From Octopus vulgaris (lineage: Eukaryota): a stretch of DNA of 64,000 nt. Within the stretch, counting starts at the first letter, position 1. Each line of letters begins with the position of its first letter. Position numbers and translations under genes: made by a program. The notes beneath the pieces were generated by a model, which saw only the letters and a list, made by a program, of their open reading frames with translations, made no database searches and was not told the DNA's origin. Shown one piece after another: positions 11,499-23,745 of the stretch. The stretch spans positions 156,798,001 to 156,862,000 of the forward strand of contig OX597814.1 in NCBI GenBank assembly GCA_951406725.2, written 5' to 3'.

Positions 11499-13016
11499 TA
11501 TTCTTCCTGACACCAACTTTTTTAATCACCTTTTATGATACAAGGAAATTGTGTACTTATTCTAAACACATAGAATCAATAATTTTTTTTTTTAAATTAG
11601 AGTTATAGCTTCCTGTCTTACCATTTGGATGGTTGCTATATTGGAAGACAGCACCTGAGCAGCTTAGATGACAAGTTTCAAGTTTGAAATTTTAGAGTCA
11701 GAAAAGTTCATATCAAATTGTTAGAAAAAAAAACAGGCAAAAAAATAAAATAAAATAGCATGCTCTTGTATATTTATTTATTATTCTTTTACTAAATTAA
11801 TTGTTCAATATTCATACTTGTGGCTATATACAAAAGTAAGCTGGTTTAGCTGTCTAACAGATTCCATAACAAAGCAAGAAAGGTCCACAAACTAACAGCC
11901 TCTTTCCAGTGAAATAGAGAATTAATCAAGTACAATTTACCACTTTATGCTTTGGCTTCAGAAATTTAAATATAAAATAAACCAAAAAAAAAAGAATAAT
12001 AAAGGATAAAAGAAAAATGTAAAAATAAAGCCCAACAAAAAAGATGGGGGGAAAAAACACTAAAATGTTTTTTAGATCTATTTTTATTGTTATTTACCAG
12101 TTAATATAAATTTTTATGTTATTTCTTTTCTTTGTTAAATAAAGAAAAATAAAATAAAATAAAATTTTACAGAGCTTTTGTGAAGGAGATAAGCAGTGGT
12201 ATACAATTAGATGAAGTTGATTGCAAATAAAAGATGTAGCTGAATAGGAGAAGAGCATTATATTCAAAGAAGACAATAGCTAGCTGTATCATTGCAAAAA
12301 CTTGTGTCGAAATCAGGGAGAGAGAGAGAGAGAGAGAGAGAAGAAAGAGAGAGAGAGAGAGAGAGAGAAGGAAAGAGAGAGGGAGGGAGGGAGGGACATG
12401 GGGGGTGAAAAAGAGAAGAAAAAAAAAGGGAAAGAAACATGCCACAATTCAAAAGACATTGAAGAATTTGATGCTGAATAAATTTCAAAGGGAGTCTATT
12501 GTGTTCAGGACTGAAAACAATTTATTGTGGGGAGAAATGAAAGCAGAGTTAAGTTTGAAAACAGAAGTCAATATGACATAGCGACTTGATGTTGCCTCTT
12601 AGGATTCTTAAGACAGACAAGCATTGTTACAAATATAGGTGGGGCAAATACAGGGGGTAGTGTTACCTTATATAACAACAATGATAGTAAAAACTATGTT
12701 TATAATCTTACAGTAGATTCATTCTTTTTTTTTTTTTGTTTTGCATTTGAAAACCTTGTTCCATTTTGAAAAACTGTTAGTAACTACAAACTATTGTTAC
12801 CTTTTCACAATTTAATTTACCTTACTTTTTGTGTGTGAGTGTTGTATTTTTATTGAATTTTCTCAATTTTCTTTTTAATCTGTAACAGGTTGCATGCAGA
12901 GGCTGCTGTGCAACAGATTGTCATCCCCTACTAAACAAATTCCATATCAGCATCCATCCAGTGGCAGATAAGATACCTTCGTTGACAATGTAAGATTCTG
13001 CAACTAAATCACACAA

Positions 13017-13089
<73 letters not shown>

Positions 13090-13455
13090 TACGTGTGCAC
13101 ACAAACATATACACATTTACACAATCTCTCACATACACACACACAAGCTACTGGAAGATGAAAGATCACTTAATATGATGAAAGTTCCAAGAATGATTAC
13201 CTGGTGTGTATGACAAGAAGTATCATAAAAGAGTTAGGGCATGAAGAACAATTAGATTATATGAGATAACCTACTGCACTCCACTGACTAATTATGTGGT
13301 TGGGGGTAAGGTTCCAGCAAGGCATGGGATGATTGGAAGAAAGACATGAGCAAGAAACAATATCAGGTAAAAAGAAAGCTAGAATGGCAGGTATATGTAG
13401 CAAGGAGAAAAGCTAAAAGTAAGAGGTTTGTTAATGTTTTGCAAAAAGACGACCA

Positions 13456-14070
13456 GGAGTGGCTGTGTGGTAAGTAGCTTGCTTACCAACCACATGGTTC
13501 TGGGTTCATTCCCATTGCATGGCACCTTAGGCAAGTGCCTTCTACTATAGCCTCAAGCCGACCAAAGCTTTGTGAGTGGATTTGGTAGACGGAAACTGAA
13601 AGAAGCCCGTTGTATATATGTATCTATGTGTATATGTTTGTGTGTCTGTGTTTGTCCCCCAGCATCGTTTGACAACCGATGGCGGCGAGCTGGCAGAAAC
13701 ATTAGCACGCTAGGCGAAATGCGTAGCCGTATTTCGTCTGGCGTTACGTTCTGAGTTCAAATTCCACCGAGGTCGACTTTGCCTTTCATCCTTTCGGGGT
13801 CGATGAAATAAGTACCAGTTACACACTGGCGTCGATATAATCGACTTAATCCGTTTGTTGATCCTTGTTTGTCCCCTCTGTGTTTAGCCCCTTGTGAGTA
13901 GTAAAGAAATAGGTGGTGTGTTTACGTCCCTGTAACTTAGCGGTTCAGCAAAAGAGACCAATAGAATAAGTACTAGGCTTTCAAAGAATAAGTCCTGGAG
14001 TTGATTTGCTTGACTAAAGGCGGTGCCCCAGCATGGCCGCAGTCAAATGACTGAAACAAGTAAAAGTAAG
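13456..14070 (+). mobile_element. SINE family A, young copy, inserted in the RTE remnant
   Basis: GGAGTGGCTGTGTGGTAAGTAGCTTGCTTACCAACC ... GGCGGTGCCCCAGCATGGCCGCAGTCAAATGACTGAAACAAGTAAAAG. Confidence 0.9.
13681..13911 (+). mobile_element. SINE family B (Meta-domain-like), full length, nested in the family A copy
   Basis: GGCGGCGAGCTGGCAGAAAC...GAGTTCAAATTCC (B box)...GCCTTTCATCCTTTCGGGGTCGAT. It splits the family A motif GACAACCGAT|G-TGGTGTGTTTACGTCCC. Confidence 0.9.
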
Positions 14071-15149
14071 TAGTGGTGTGAAATGCCCCAGCAAAATAAT
14101 ACATCTGTGTGAATCAAGACATTGTTAGAAATGAAATATGAGTAGCACACTTGCCCTAATAGATACTGCAGAGAGAGAAACAAGTTGCTACAACGTTACA
14201 TGTCACTAGAAAAGGCTACAGAATGAAGAGAATGTGTGAGCAAAGGTTTGTCCAAAGGAACAGTGGAATAGCTATTAAAGGTGACAATTATGTGGTTAAA
14301 AGTGTAATTAACAATACAATGACAATAAAAGCAACTGTACTATCAGGAATAGTTACTGAGATGTTGAAAATATCTGGTGAAGCAGGATGTACATTGATCA
14401 CTCACATAGTCAGTTAGGTGGCCAGGGAAGTATCACCCTTAACTGCTATAAGGGCAAAGGAGATGTACTAAAAACAAGCAACTACTGAGGCATCAAATTA
14501 TCAGGTTATGAAAGTAACAGAAAGTATTATAATATCTCGTTAAAAAGAGAATTCATTTAGATGTAATGCAGTTTGGATTCGTGCCAAGATAGGGTACCAC
14601 AGAATGCCCCTTGCTAATGACGCAAGGAGAGTCTCACCTTAGAGTAGACCAACTATATTATGCATTAACTGATCCAGGGAAGGCATTTGATAGGACACCA
14701 TAATTTGTAGTGTGGTGGTCAGTAAAACAAAAAAGGAAATGTACCAAAATGGCCAGCAAGAGGCCCACAGAGATGTCAACCAGCAAAGTGAGAGTTTGCA
14801 ATAAGTTCTAAGAATTTAGCATGCAGGAAAAGCTCAGTTTTAAGGCCCTTCTTGCTTATTATAGGTCATAATAGAGGAATTTAAGACCAGCTGTATTAAA
14901 GGAATCAGACACAGCATGCAGAAAAGATTACACTACTAAGGGCATGTGGTGCATATGGAGGGTTAAAACTGTGTAAAGCTGACTCAAGTGAAAGAAACCT
15001 GTAGAAAAGCAAGATTGAAGATGTGTGAGATAACAAAAGATGATCTCAAGAGGCTCAGCCTTTTGTCAGAGACAAGAAAATACCAGTGCAAATGCTGAAA
15101 CTGTTTACAAAAGTAAGTTCTAACACATGGAAGCATAGAAAAAATGGAT

Positions 15150-15355
15150 GTTGTTCAAGACCAAGTCAGCCCTGATTCTGTAGACCTCATTTTCAGTAAT
15201 GACCATCTTGTCTTTTTTCCTAGGTACAATGCATCTAAGACTATATTGCCTAATGTATTCAATCTTTTCTGCGACAGTAAGGGTTGCAATTTTGAAGATT
15301 TGGTTGCTATTTCTAGCTTGAAACTGATCGTGCAGAGGCCTCCCTCGCTGGCTTG
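15150..15355 (+). mobile_element. Dispersed repeat family D (unclassified)
   Basis: The motif GATTTGGTTGCTATTTCTAGC...AGAGGC(C)TCC is shared with copies near 10190, 20500, 31020 (-), 33610 (-), 42500, 55710 (-), 57920 (-) and 60470 (-). Confidence 0.6.
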
Positions 15356-18219
15356 ATATTGTTATTGCTGCTGCTGTTATTGTTGAGCTCATATTGCTGA
15401 TTATGAAACACCAATTGCTTCACTTGTATTTTTTTAAAACACAAGACTTTGTAATACTGTCAGAATCAACAGCAACAGCAGCACAAATATTTCTATGAAC
15501 ATCCTATTAAAATTAATTGACTTTAAATCTCATTATTCACATCAGCACCCATTAAAACATTTTAATACTTGTTGAAATAATCAGTAAAATGAGAAAAACA
15601 TTACTTCAAATTTGAGGAGAGAAGAGAGGCAGAAAGGGTAAAGGACCAGATGAAATATTCTTCTGCATTAAGAGTTCAAATCCCATCAAAATTGAATTTG
15701 ACTTTCATCACTCAAGGGTTAACACAAAATGTACCAGGCATATACTGACATTGCTTTAAATAACTATAATACACTCTTATAAATCTATGAGTTTATATTA
15801 AACTGAGAAATCCTTACTTCAAGTTCCACAGAGCAGTGAGTGGTCAGAAATGGTGAGGTGTCAAACAAGGAGTTAATGAAATAAGTAACAGCACCAATAA
15901 TAAGCTGAATTTGACTCAATTAGTTATACTTCTTTGTCTCTGTATTGTAACCTAATAAAAATAATCTATTATTTTTATTTTCATGACAGAAGTTGCTTGT
16001 CAAATTACAAAACAAACAGAAAGGACTAATATTTTGTAGAACTCGATATATATTTATATAAAACAACTAAAGATGAACAACAGTATTTTACAACCACTTT
16101 CCATGACAGCATGGGTTGGATGGATAGGCACAGTCTAAATCAGTTCATATTTGGAATTATTGCACTCTAGAAAGGTCAAAGACCTTACATTTCGTTAGTA
16201 TGTTCCACTTTGGTAAAATTTGTATGAATGGGTGTTTTTCCTAATATCAACCACTTTACAGAGTGCACTGGATGCATTTTATCATAGCACCAACACTAGA
16301 AAGTTTGTCATTCCCTTGGTGAAGCTAAAGGGCCCTCATGAACATTCAATGTCTCTGCTCATTTGTCAAGCCCTTTAAAGATGGAACTTGGGTACATTTT
16401 ATCATGGTACCAGCACTAGTGATGTTACCTTAAGCCTCACTCTTTCCTATCAGAAAACTAGAGAGCACTCTACAGTGTCTCTGTTCATTCAATTTTTAAA
16501 TAGATGTTACAGGCATATGGAAATTGTATGATCAATATACTAGCTAATTTGACTGTTGGGTCATTGATTTAAACCTGACTGCAGCAAGTGTGACATTTCC
16601 TACTTAAGTTAAAAGCTACAAAAATTTAAAATTTATAATGGCTTGGAGTAGGCAGTAATATTATATTCAAAGTAAATTCAACAACCCCTCATGAACATGC
16701 AAAGCCAGAACCAAAATGAGGTTCTGTTTAACCAAAATGTTAAACATTCCATCTTCCAAATAATGTGCAGATTGAATCACATGAAATAAACTACTGAATT
16801 AATGAAGTTTGAATATCTCATATACACAACATGTAACCTTTCCGAGACATTATTATTCAACAACTTGTAAGAAGCTGACATAAGTTTTAATAACAGCCTA
16901 CTAAATAACCCCATCATGAATAAAGAAGAAAACTTTTGTAAATCAAAGTAGATCAAAAGGTTAGGGGTAGGTAACAACAGAATGCATTACTTATGGGAGA
17001 GAGCAGTCAGAGATTATTAAGTAGCCTGGAACACAAGAGATTATTATGCAGACTGGCTCCTTGACTGGGGTTGACTTGTGGTTAAACAACAACAGTCATC
17101 TTTCCTATATGTGTAACAAATTATAGAAGGGATATTTTTTCTTCCTTTGACATCCATTATATTATATAGGCATATCATGAACAACCAAGTCACTTGACAT
17201 ATCACTAATATTTTTTAAAAAGGCTTGAATGCTACAGATTCTCACTTTCAACTTTGTTGACAGATAAATAACTTCCTAATTTATGTAGAAACGAAGTTAG
17301 CTAACACTGGAAGTAAAAGTCACAACAGTCAGCTGTTTCTGTTTGTAAGTGCACTGACTTAACTGTGTTAGAGGCAGTGACAACTGCGGTGATGTGGTCG
17401 GTGGTGGTGGTGACGGTGGTTGTTATGACAGTTGTGACTGCTGTTTAACCTGGGGGTCAACAAAGATCCAAGAGACACATGATCAAAAGATACTTCATTA
17501 GTTCATTAGTTGTATGGTAGTGGTAGCAGCTACTAGTGAAGATAAGATGGTGGTTATTGGTGGTGGTAACAGCTACAGTGATGATAGCAGCTACAGTTAG
17601 TGGTGGTTGAAAAAGACATTAATAATTTAGTGATGAGTAACATAGACAAAGCTTTTAATGATAAAGCTATAAAAAGAAGAAATCTTCATTTACATAAGTG
17701 TTGCAGATTGATTTTTTTACCTACTGACAAGCAAAGTTTGCAATATCATATTCATCTAGACAGAATAGCTTGCCTTTAACGCTATATATAGAGATGACTT
17801 TTTACAGTGGTGATAATTTATCACCCTTTACAAATTATAGGTTTATGTTCATTCTCTTTCTCCACATTTTCTCATTTTCAGGGATATTTTCAAGGATTTT
17901 TTTTTCTTCCTATTCCTCTAGGCCTTAGTCACTAGTGAATTTAATTAGTATAGAGGAAGAGGTGCAAGTTCAATCCCCATAGTGGTTGTTCTTCAAAGTA
18001 TCTGTGTCTATGGTGCAAATGCTTTAAGACAGTGTATGTACATTGAAAATACACAGGGATTCCAGAACTACAGTCTATTATTTTGCCACTTTTGAGGAAT
18101 TTATGCATGTATATAATTCTGGTTTCAGTTTTGAAATTTTTCCATCAAAAAGAAAAAAAAAAGACTCCAATCCAGAAACAAGGTTCTTTCACTGAAATTT
18201 CGAAAACATCAATTAGGTA

Positions 18220-18263
<44 letters not shown>

Positions 18264-18320
18264 TGAGAGTGAATTTGTGTGTTGTGAGTGTTGTGAGTAT
18301 ATGTTGTGTGTGAGTTTGTT

Positions 18321-18760
18321 GGCGTGCGTGAGAGTTTGCGTGCATGCATGAGAGTTTGTGTGCGTGCGTGAAAGTTTGTATGCGTGCGTGAGAGTTTGAG
18401 TGCATGCGTGAGAATTTGAGTGCATGTGTGAGAGTTTGAGTGCATGCGTGAGAGTTTGAGTGCATGCGTGAGAGTTTGAGTGCATGCGTGAGAGTTTGAG
18501 TGCATGCGTGAGAGTTTGAGTGCGTGCGTGAGAGTTTGAGTGCATGCGTGAGAGTTTGAGTGCGTGCGTGAGAGTTTGAGTGCGTGCGTGAGAGTTTGAG
18601 TGCGTGCGTGAGAGTTTGAGTGCGTGCGTGAGAGTTTGAGTGCGTGCGTGAGAGTTTGAGTGCGTGCGTGAGAGTTTGAGTGCGTGCGTGAGAGTTTGAG
18701 TGCGTGCGTGAGAGTTTGAGTGCGTGCATGAGAGTTTGAGTGCATGAGAGTTTGAGTGCA
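18321..18760. repeat. Minisatellite with a 20-bp unit GAGAGTTTGAGTGCRTGCGT (about 21 copies), flanked by (TG)n and degenerate 16-18-bp units out to about 18960
   Basis: The 20-bp periodicity is directly visible and explains the three long minus-strand ORFs at 18145-19058. Confidence 0.95.
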
Positions 18761-19614
18761 TGTGAGAGAGTTTGTGTGTGAGAGAGTTTGTATGTGAGTG
18801 AATGAGTGTGTGTGAGAGAGAGTTTATGTGTGAGAGACAGTTTGTGTGCAAGAGAGAGTTTGTGTGCGAGAGAGAGTTTGTGTGCGAGAGAGAGTTTGTG
18901 TGCGAGAGAGAGTTTGTGTGTGAGAGAAGTTGTATGTGTGACAGAGTTTGTATGTGAGTGAATGAGTGTGAAGGGGGTGAGTATGTGTGTAGGCATGAAT
19001 GCATGTCATTGTAAGAGTGAATCTGTATGTTTTGGCTTATGTATGCATACATACACATTTGCTGCTATGTCATACATGCATGTATGTACCTACTACATAT
19101 GTAAAACATCGGGAATGCTTTACATGTTTTTACAATTACATTAATGGCTTGTAATTGCAATTTTCTAATTAGCCATGTCATTTCTGTTTGTAAGGCCCAG
19201 CTTCTCAAATTTAGTTCTGAGGCATTTTGTTACATAAGAGAGTGCCCCAATAAACAGTTATAAATTTATGCTTATATACATGAATGAATGAAAATGAATG
19301 CATATGTCTTTGGTCATATGTATGTATAAGTGTATGTATGAACATGTGTGTGTGCGTGTGTGTGTGTGTGTATCCATGAATGTATCGTTTTCTTTTTTAT
19401 TATTTGAATTCTTCCTTCAAAGAAGAAGCTGGCTTCTAACAAAGAAGTGAAGTTCCACTGCAAATATTCATCAGATAAGATTTATTTGATACATATCTTG
19501 TGTCTAAGCTGATGGTCAAACTCTGTCTCAAGCCACAAGCCTTTTTTGGCTAGAGACCTTAGTTTCTATGGTATTTACATAACTGAACATACTAAATTCT
19601 CCCCCATCAACAAG

Positions 19615-21094
19615 TGATGATGTATCACTGATAATGATAAAGTCACTACTGCTGCTGTTGATGATGATGATAATGTCACTGATGATGATGAGATGATATA
19701 ATGGTTGAAATGTTATCAATTTCCCAGTAGTCAAACGAACGACCACCCAGAGACAAATTACAGTAACTCAACAGTCTGTTGAAAGGCTGATCTATTAATG
19801 CCTGAGCTTTCACTTGTAATGCTTTTCAGCTGAGTGGACTGAAACCACATGAAATGAAGTGCCTTGCTAAGGATACAACATGCTACACACTTTGAGAACT
19901 GACCTCATGACCTTATGTCTGTGAGCCCAACACCTAAACCACCATGTTATACATGTTCACAAACTTATGAATAGGTAAGGGTAAAACTTACATAAATTTA
20001 AATAGGGTTGATATCAAAGAGGGGCATCCAGCCATAGAAACCATGCCGAAGTTGACAAAAGAACTAAAGAACTCAATGCAGCTTCATAGCTAACCAGATC
20101 CTGCCTGTCAAACCATCCAACCCATACCGGCATAGAAAACAGACATTAACTGATGATGATGATGAAGTGTTCGACGGGTCATTTAGAGTGATCATCAATT
20201 GCTGGAATGTGTGTCCAAAAAGATGCGTTGGTTAAATTTATGGCACTAGCATTTGACACTATGACCAATGTATTGAGTAGAACAAGGTGGTTACTGATGG
20301 CTTTGTTAATTCATACATCTGATCAAAGTCTACAATGTAAAGAAAACATTGAGAAAACAAGTATCATGATGACAATTAAGATGATTATCAAGATGTAATG
20401 ATATCATTGTTGTTTAGCTCCGGATCTCCCCAATCAGAGCTGACCTGGGGCTTACAACAATGACCATATAGGATAGTAAGGCATGATTTAAGAAGATCTG
20501 GCTGCTATTTCTAGTGTAATGACATCATTGTTGCTTAGCTCCAGATCTCCCCAATCAGAGCTGACCTGGGGCTTACAACAATGACCATATAGGATAGTAA
20601 GGCATGATTTAAGGAGATCTGGCTGCTATTTCTAGTGTAATGACATCATTGTTGTTTAGTTCCAGATCTCCCCAAGCAAGGCTGACCTGGGGCTTACAAT
20701 AATGACCATATAGGATAGTAAGGCGTGATTTAAGAAAATCTGGCTGCTATTTCTAGCTGATTGAACATTTAATTATGATGATTATAACGATGTTGTTGTT
20801 GTTGTTGTCGTTTGCACCCAGGTGAAACATATAAGACAGTAAGGTATGATTTAAAGAGATCTGGCAGCTATTTTTAGCTGGTTGAACAACCATGTATTAG
20901 GTCCCTGGTTGACGTCAAGAGTAATAGTGTTGATGATGATGTATCACTGATAATGAAAATGTCACTACTGATGCTGCTGCTGCTGATGATGATGATGATG
21001 TCACTGATGATGATGAGATGATATAACAGTTGAAATGTTATCAATTTCCCAGTAGTCAAACCAACGACCACCCAGAGACAAATTACAGTAACTC
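19615..21094 (+). repeat. Pair of about 160-bp direct repeats (19615-19770 and 20935-21094)
   Basis: Both copies read GATGTATCACTGATAATGA...GTTGAAATGTTATCAATTTCCCAGTAGTCAAAC-AACGACCACCCAGAGACAAATTACAGTAACTCA. Confidence 0.9.
20394..20756. repeat. Tandem repeat, 121-bp unit x3, plus a partial copy to about 20880, built from family D sequence
   Basis: TGTAATGA(T/C)ATCATTGTTG recurs at 20394, 20515 and 20636. Confidence 0.92.
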
Positions 21095-21611
21095 ATTTGC
21101 TCTTCACTTATCCATTGCAATCTAAGCTTTCAGATGGACAAGAAGTCCAGCTGTTAAAAGGAACAGATGGGAAGCTATACCCTTGATTAACCACATGAGA
21201 GCCCTGTCATTGAGAACAGATGCTGAGAAAGTACTTAAGTACACTAAATACACATGCAACATTGGCATCAAAACTGAAAACAAAACAAGCCTTTTTTGTT
21301 TGTTTTAATCGTACACATACAAATACACACGGATGTATGCATGTAGAACTCCAAGGCCATGTGGATATTACCAAAGGACGTCCTATCTATAAAGGAGATC
21401 AGTTTTGGTGAAATCAATTTGTTGGAGGTTGTGGTAATGGTGGTGGTGGTGTTGCTGCTTAAATGATGATTGCCACCAAACAGATAAACATCACTAAATA
21501 TACACAAGTGTATTGCCATTAACTAAATAGTGCACAGCCAAAAGCAATATAAACAGACATTAAAGAATCAATACCTTTAAATTAACACACATATACACAC
21601 ACAAATAAAAT

Positions 21612-21896
21612 TATATATGTGTGTGTGTGTGTATGTGTATACATATATACACATATATACACACATATATATATATACACGCATATATATATACACACAC
21701 ATATATACACACACATATATATATACACACACATATATACACACACATATATATACACATATATACACACATATATACAAATATATATATACACATATAA
21801 ATACACACATATATATACACACATATATACACACACATATATACACACATATATACACACACATATATACACACACACACACACACATATATATAT
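21612..21896. repeat. Compound (TA)n/(CA)n microsatellite
   Basis: Directly visible. It is the source of five spurious ORFs. Confidence 0.97.
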
Positions 21897-22396
21897 GACA
21901 ATGATGATGAGGATTGCAACAATCCTGATGATAATAGGCGGTGCTGCTGTATCAATGAGGATGGTAATGAGGAACTGCCAAAGAATGAATTGGTGTATAT
22001 TTTTTTAGTTGTTTTTTTTGGTCTTCCTACTAACAATACATTGACTTATAAGCCTTAAAATTAATCATTCAATTCTGTCTTGTAAAAGAAATAACAGGTA
22101 ATACTAACTGGAAGTGGTTATTATTACTTTTGTTTCGTTGTTTCATTAAAAATCGGTCAGGATAAGAAAAATTGATCGCAAAAGATACATTAGCAAATTA
22201 CCCTTCATTAGGAGTAATTGACTATTTTTTATTTCTTATCAGTAATATCTTCATGATTTTTATCAGAAAAATGAGGAAGAAGTAGCAATAAATATATATG
22301 TGTGTGTGTGTGTATATATATATATAGATCCCATAAGGAAAGAAGGCAGACAGTTATATTCTTAGTGCTTGTGTTCAGTTATAAATATAGAGTTTC

Positions 22397-22441
<45 letters not shown>

Positions 22442-22974
22442 TAGTGTCTTGGTGTGAGTATTAAATAGCATATTAATGAGTTTGATAATCACTTTTTTTA
22501 ATGTGATTCAGTCAAAAAAAGAAAGGCAGTACCCATAACCTTTTCTCAAGGCCTCTGAGGATGGTGTGAGGACGAAAGACAGTTATTCTCAGAATCAAAG
22601 ACCTGACCCAAATGTGTGCAACAGAGTAGCAGCATAATTATGCAGTTAATAAGTTCGTTTTACGACTAAATGATTTTATGTTCATTTCCACTGTATTGTA
22701 CTTTGGATAACTGTTCTTATCAATAGTCTCATGCATGTGACCAAAGATCACAAGTGAACTTGCATGCCTACTGATAATCCAAACATGAACTCTACACCTC
22801 AACAGCAAATGATTGCTATAGCTATTGGCTGACCGTTGGATGTGGTCAGCATTCATGAGGAACATGGTGAACTTTTTGTTTGAGCAAGATCAACCCATCT
22901 TGGATGAATGTTGTCATAAGTACCCATAGCTTCAATGCAGCAAAAGCCTTGTATGTAAAATTTGGGACACTATT

Positions 22975-23165
22975 TAACCCCTTAGTATTTAAACCAGCTA
23001 CATCTAGCCAAAATATGCCCCTGTTTTATGTTCAAACTGGCCAGATCTAATCTCTCACACCGACACTACAATGTCATTCTAAATATAAACAATAACATCA
23101 TCAAAATCTCAAATCTATGAGATAATATATGATTAATTCAAAATAATATGAATAAATATGCTTTA
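22975..23165. mobile_element. piggyBac-type MITE family P1, one end lost
   Basis: Starts TTAA-CCCCTTAGTATTTAAACC and is homologous to the reverse complement of 53553-53771. Confidence 0.75.
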
Positions 23166-23516
23166 TGTTATGATTTGGTGTTTTCCACAGTTATATATGT
23201 GGCCACTGTTGTGACTGTAGCCATGATATTTTCTTAGTATCAGATACAGTGTATCTCTTCTATTCCGGAATGGTAATACACCACTTCGTCTATAGTGCTA
23301 GACACCAAATTTGAACTGACTACCTTGACTGTAACTCAAACTCGACTATAACACATAAGTGACACTTAACTCCAACTGAGAACTTGTACGACAACTCTAC
23401 AACAACTGACACACAACTCCCTGTACTGGTTGACATAGTTTTGCTTTATAGTGGCTCCTTCATACCACTTATCCCATGGGGTGGGGACCATTTCCACTAC
23501 AACATCTCCCCTTTTA
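23166..23516 (-). mobile_element. Probable LTR (about 339 bp) with adjacent polypurine tract
   Basis: The minus strand reads AAAAGGGGAGA (PPT-like) followed by TGTTGTAG...TATAAAG...CATAACA, giving TGTT/AACA termini. Confidence 0.45.
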
Positions 23517-23617
23517 GTTTTTGCTTTTGGGGAAGCAAGTAATTTTATTTTACTTTATCGACCCCCCCCACCTCCCTTTGAGTTTTTTCTTTTTTTTTTC
23601 TACAACTTAATTTTTTC

Positions 23618-23745
23618 TTACATTGTTTACATTTGACGGATATTTGTCTTCATCTTGTTTGTTGTTAACGCAATGTTTTGGCTAATATACCCTCCTTCTT
23701 CAGCTGTCTTGGGGAAATTTCAGATCTGGGTTCTCATTCCTAAGG
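23618..23745 (-). mobile_element. Inverted terminal-repeat (pLTR-like) fragment with a decayed hammerhead core, abutting the Penelope ORF
   Basis: The reverse complement ACCTTAGGAATGAGAACCCAGATCTGAAATTTCCCCAAGACAGCTGAAGAAGGAGGGTATATTAGCCAAAACATTGCGTTAAC matches 51070-51160. Confidence 0.7.

Larger units (their letters stand above)
13300..15150 (+). mobile_element. Old, internally deleted RTE LINE interrupted by nested SINEs
   Basis: Remnants SGIVTEMLKISGEAG (ORF 14223-14417), NCYKGKGD, MQFGFVP, KAFDR and EEFKTSC, then a jump to the C-terminal GHVVHME region and the tail AACACATGGAAGCATAGAAAAAATGGATGTT. Confidence 0.8.

Noticed and set aside
18145-19058. Long ORFs of 283, 281 and 178 aa
   Set aside because: They are read-through of a stop-free 20-bp minisatellite in all three minus-strand frames.
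21577-22036. Overlapping 93-141-aa ORFs (also at 47068-47556, 28035-28307 and 61389-61726)
   Set aside because: They are translations of TA/CA or ATT microsatellites.
22700-22960. Possible mariner transposase scrap on the minus strand (VPHE resembles WVPHEL)
   Set aside because: Too degenerate to support without alignment, and no TIRs were seen.
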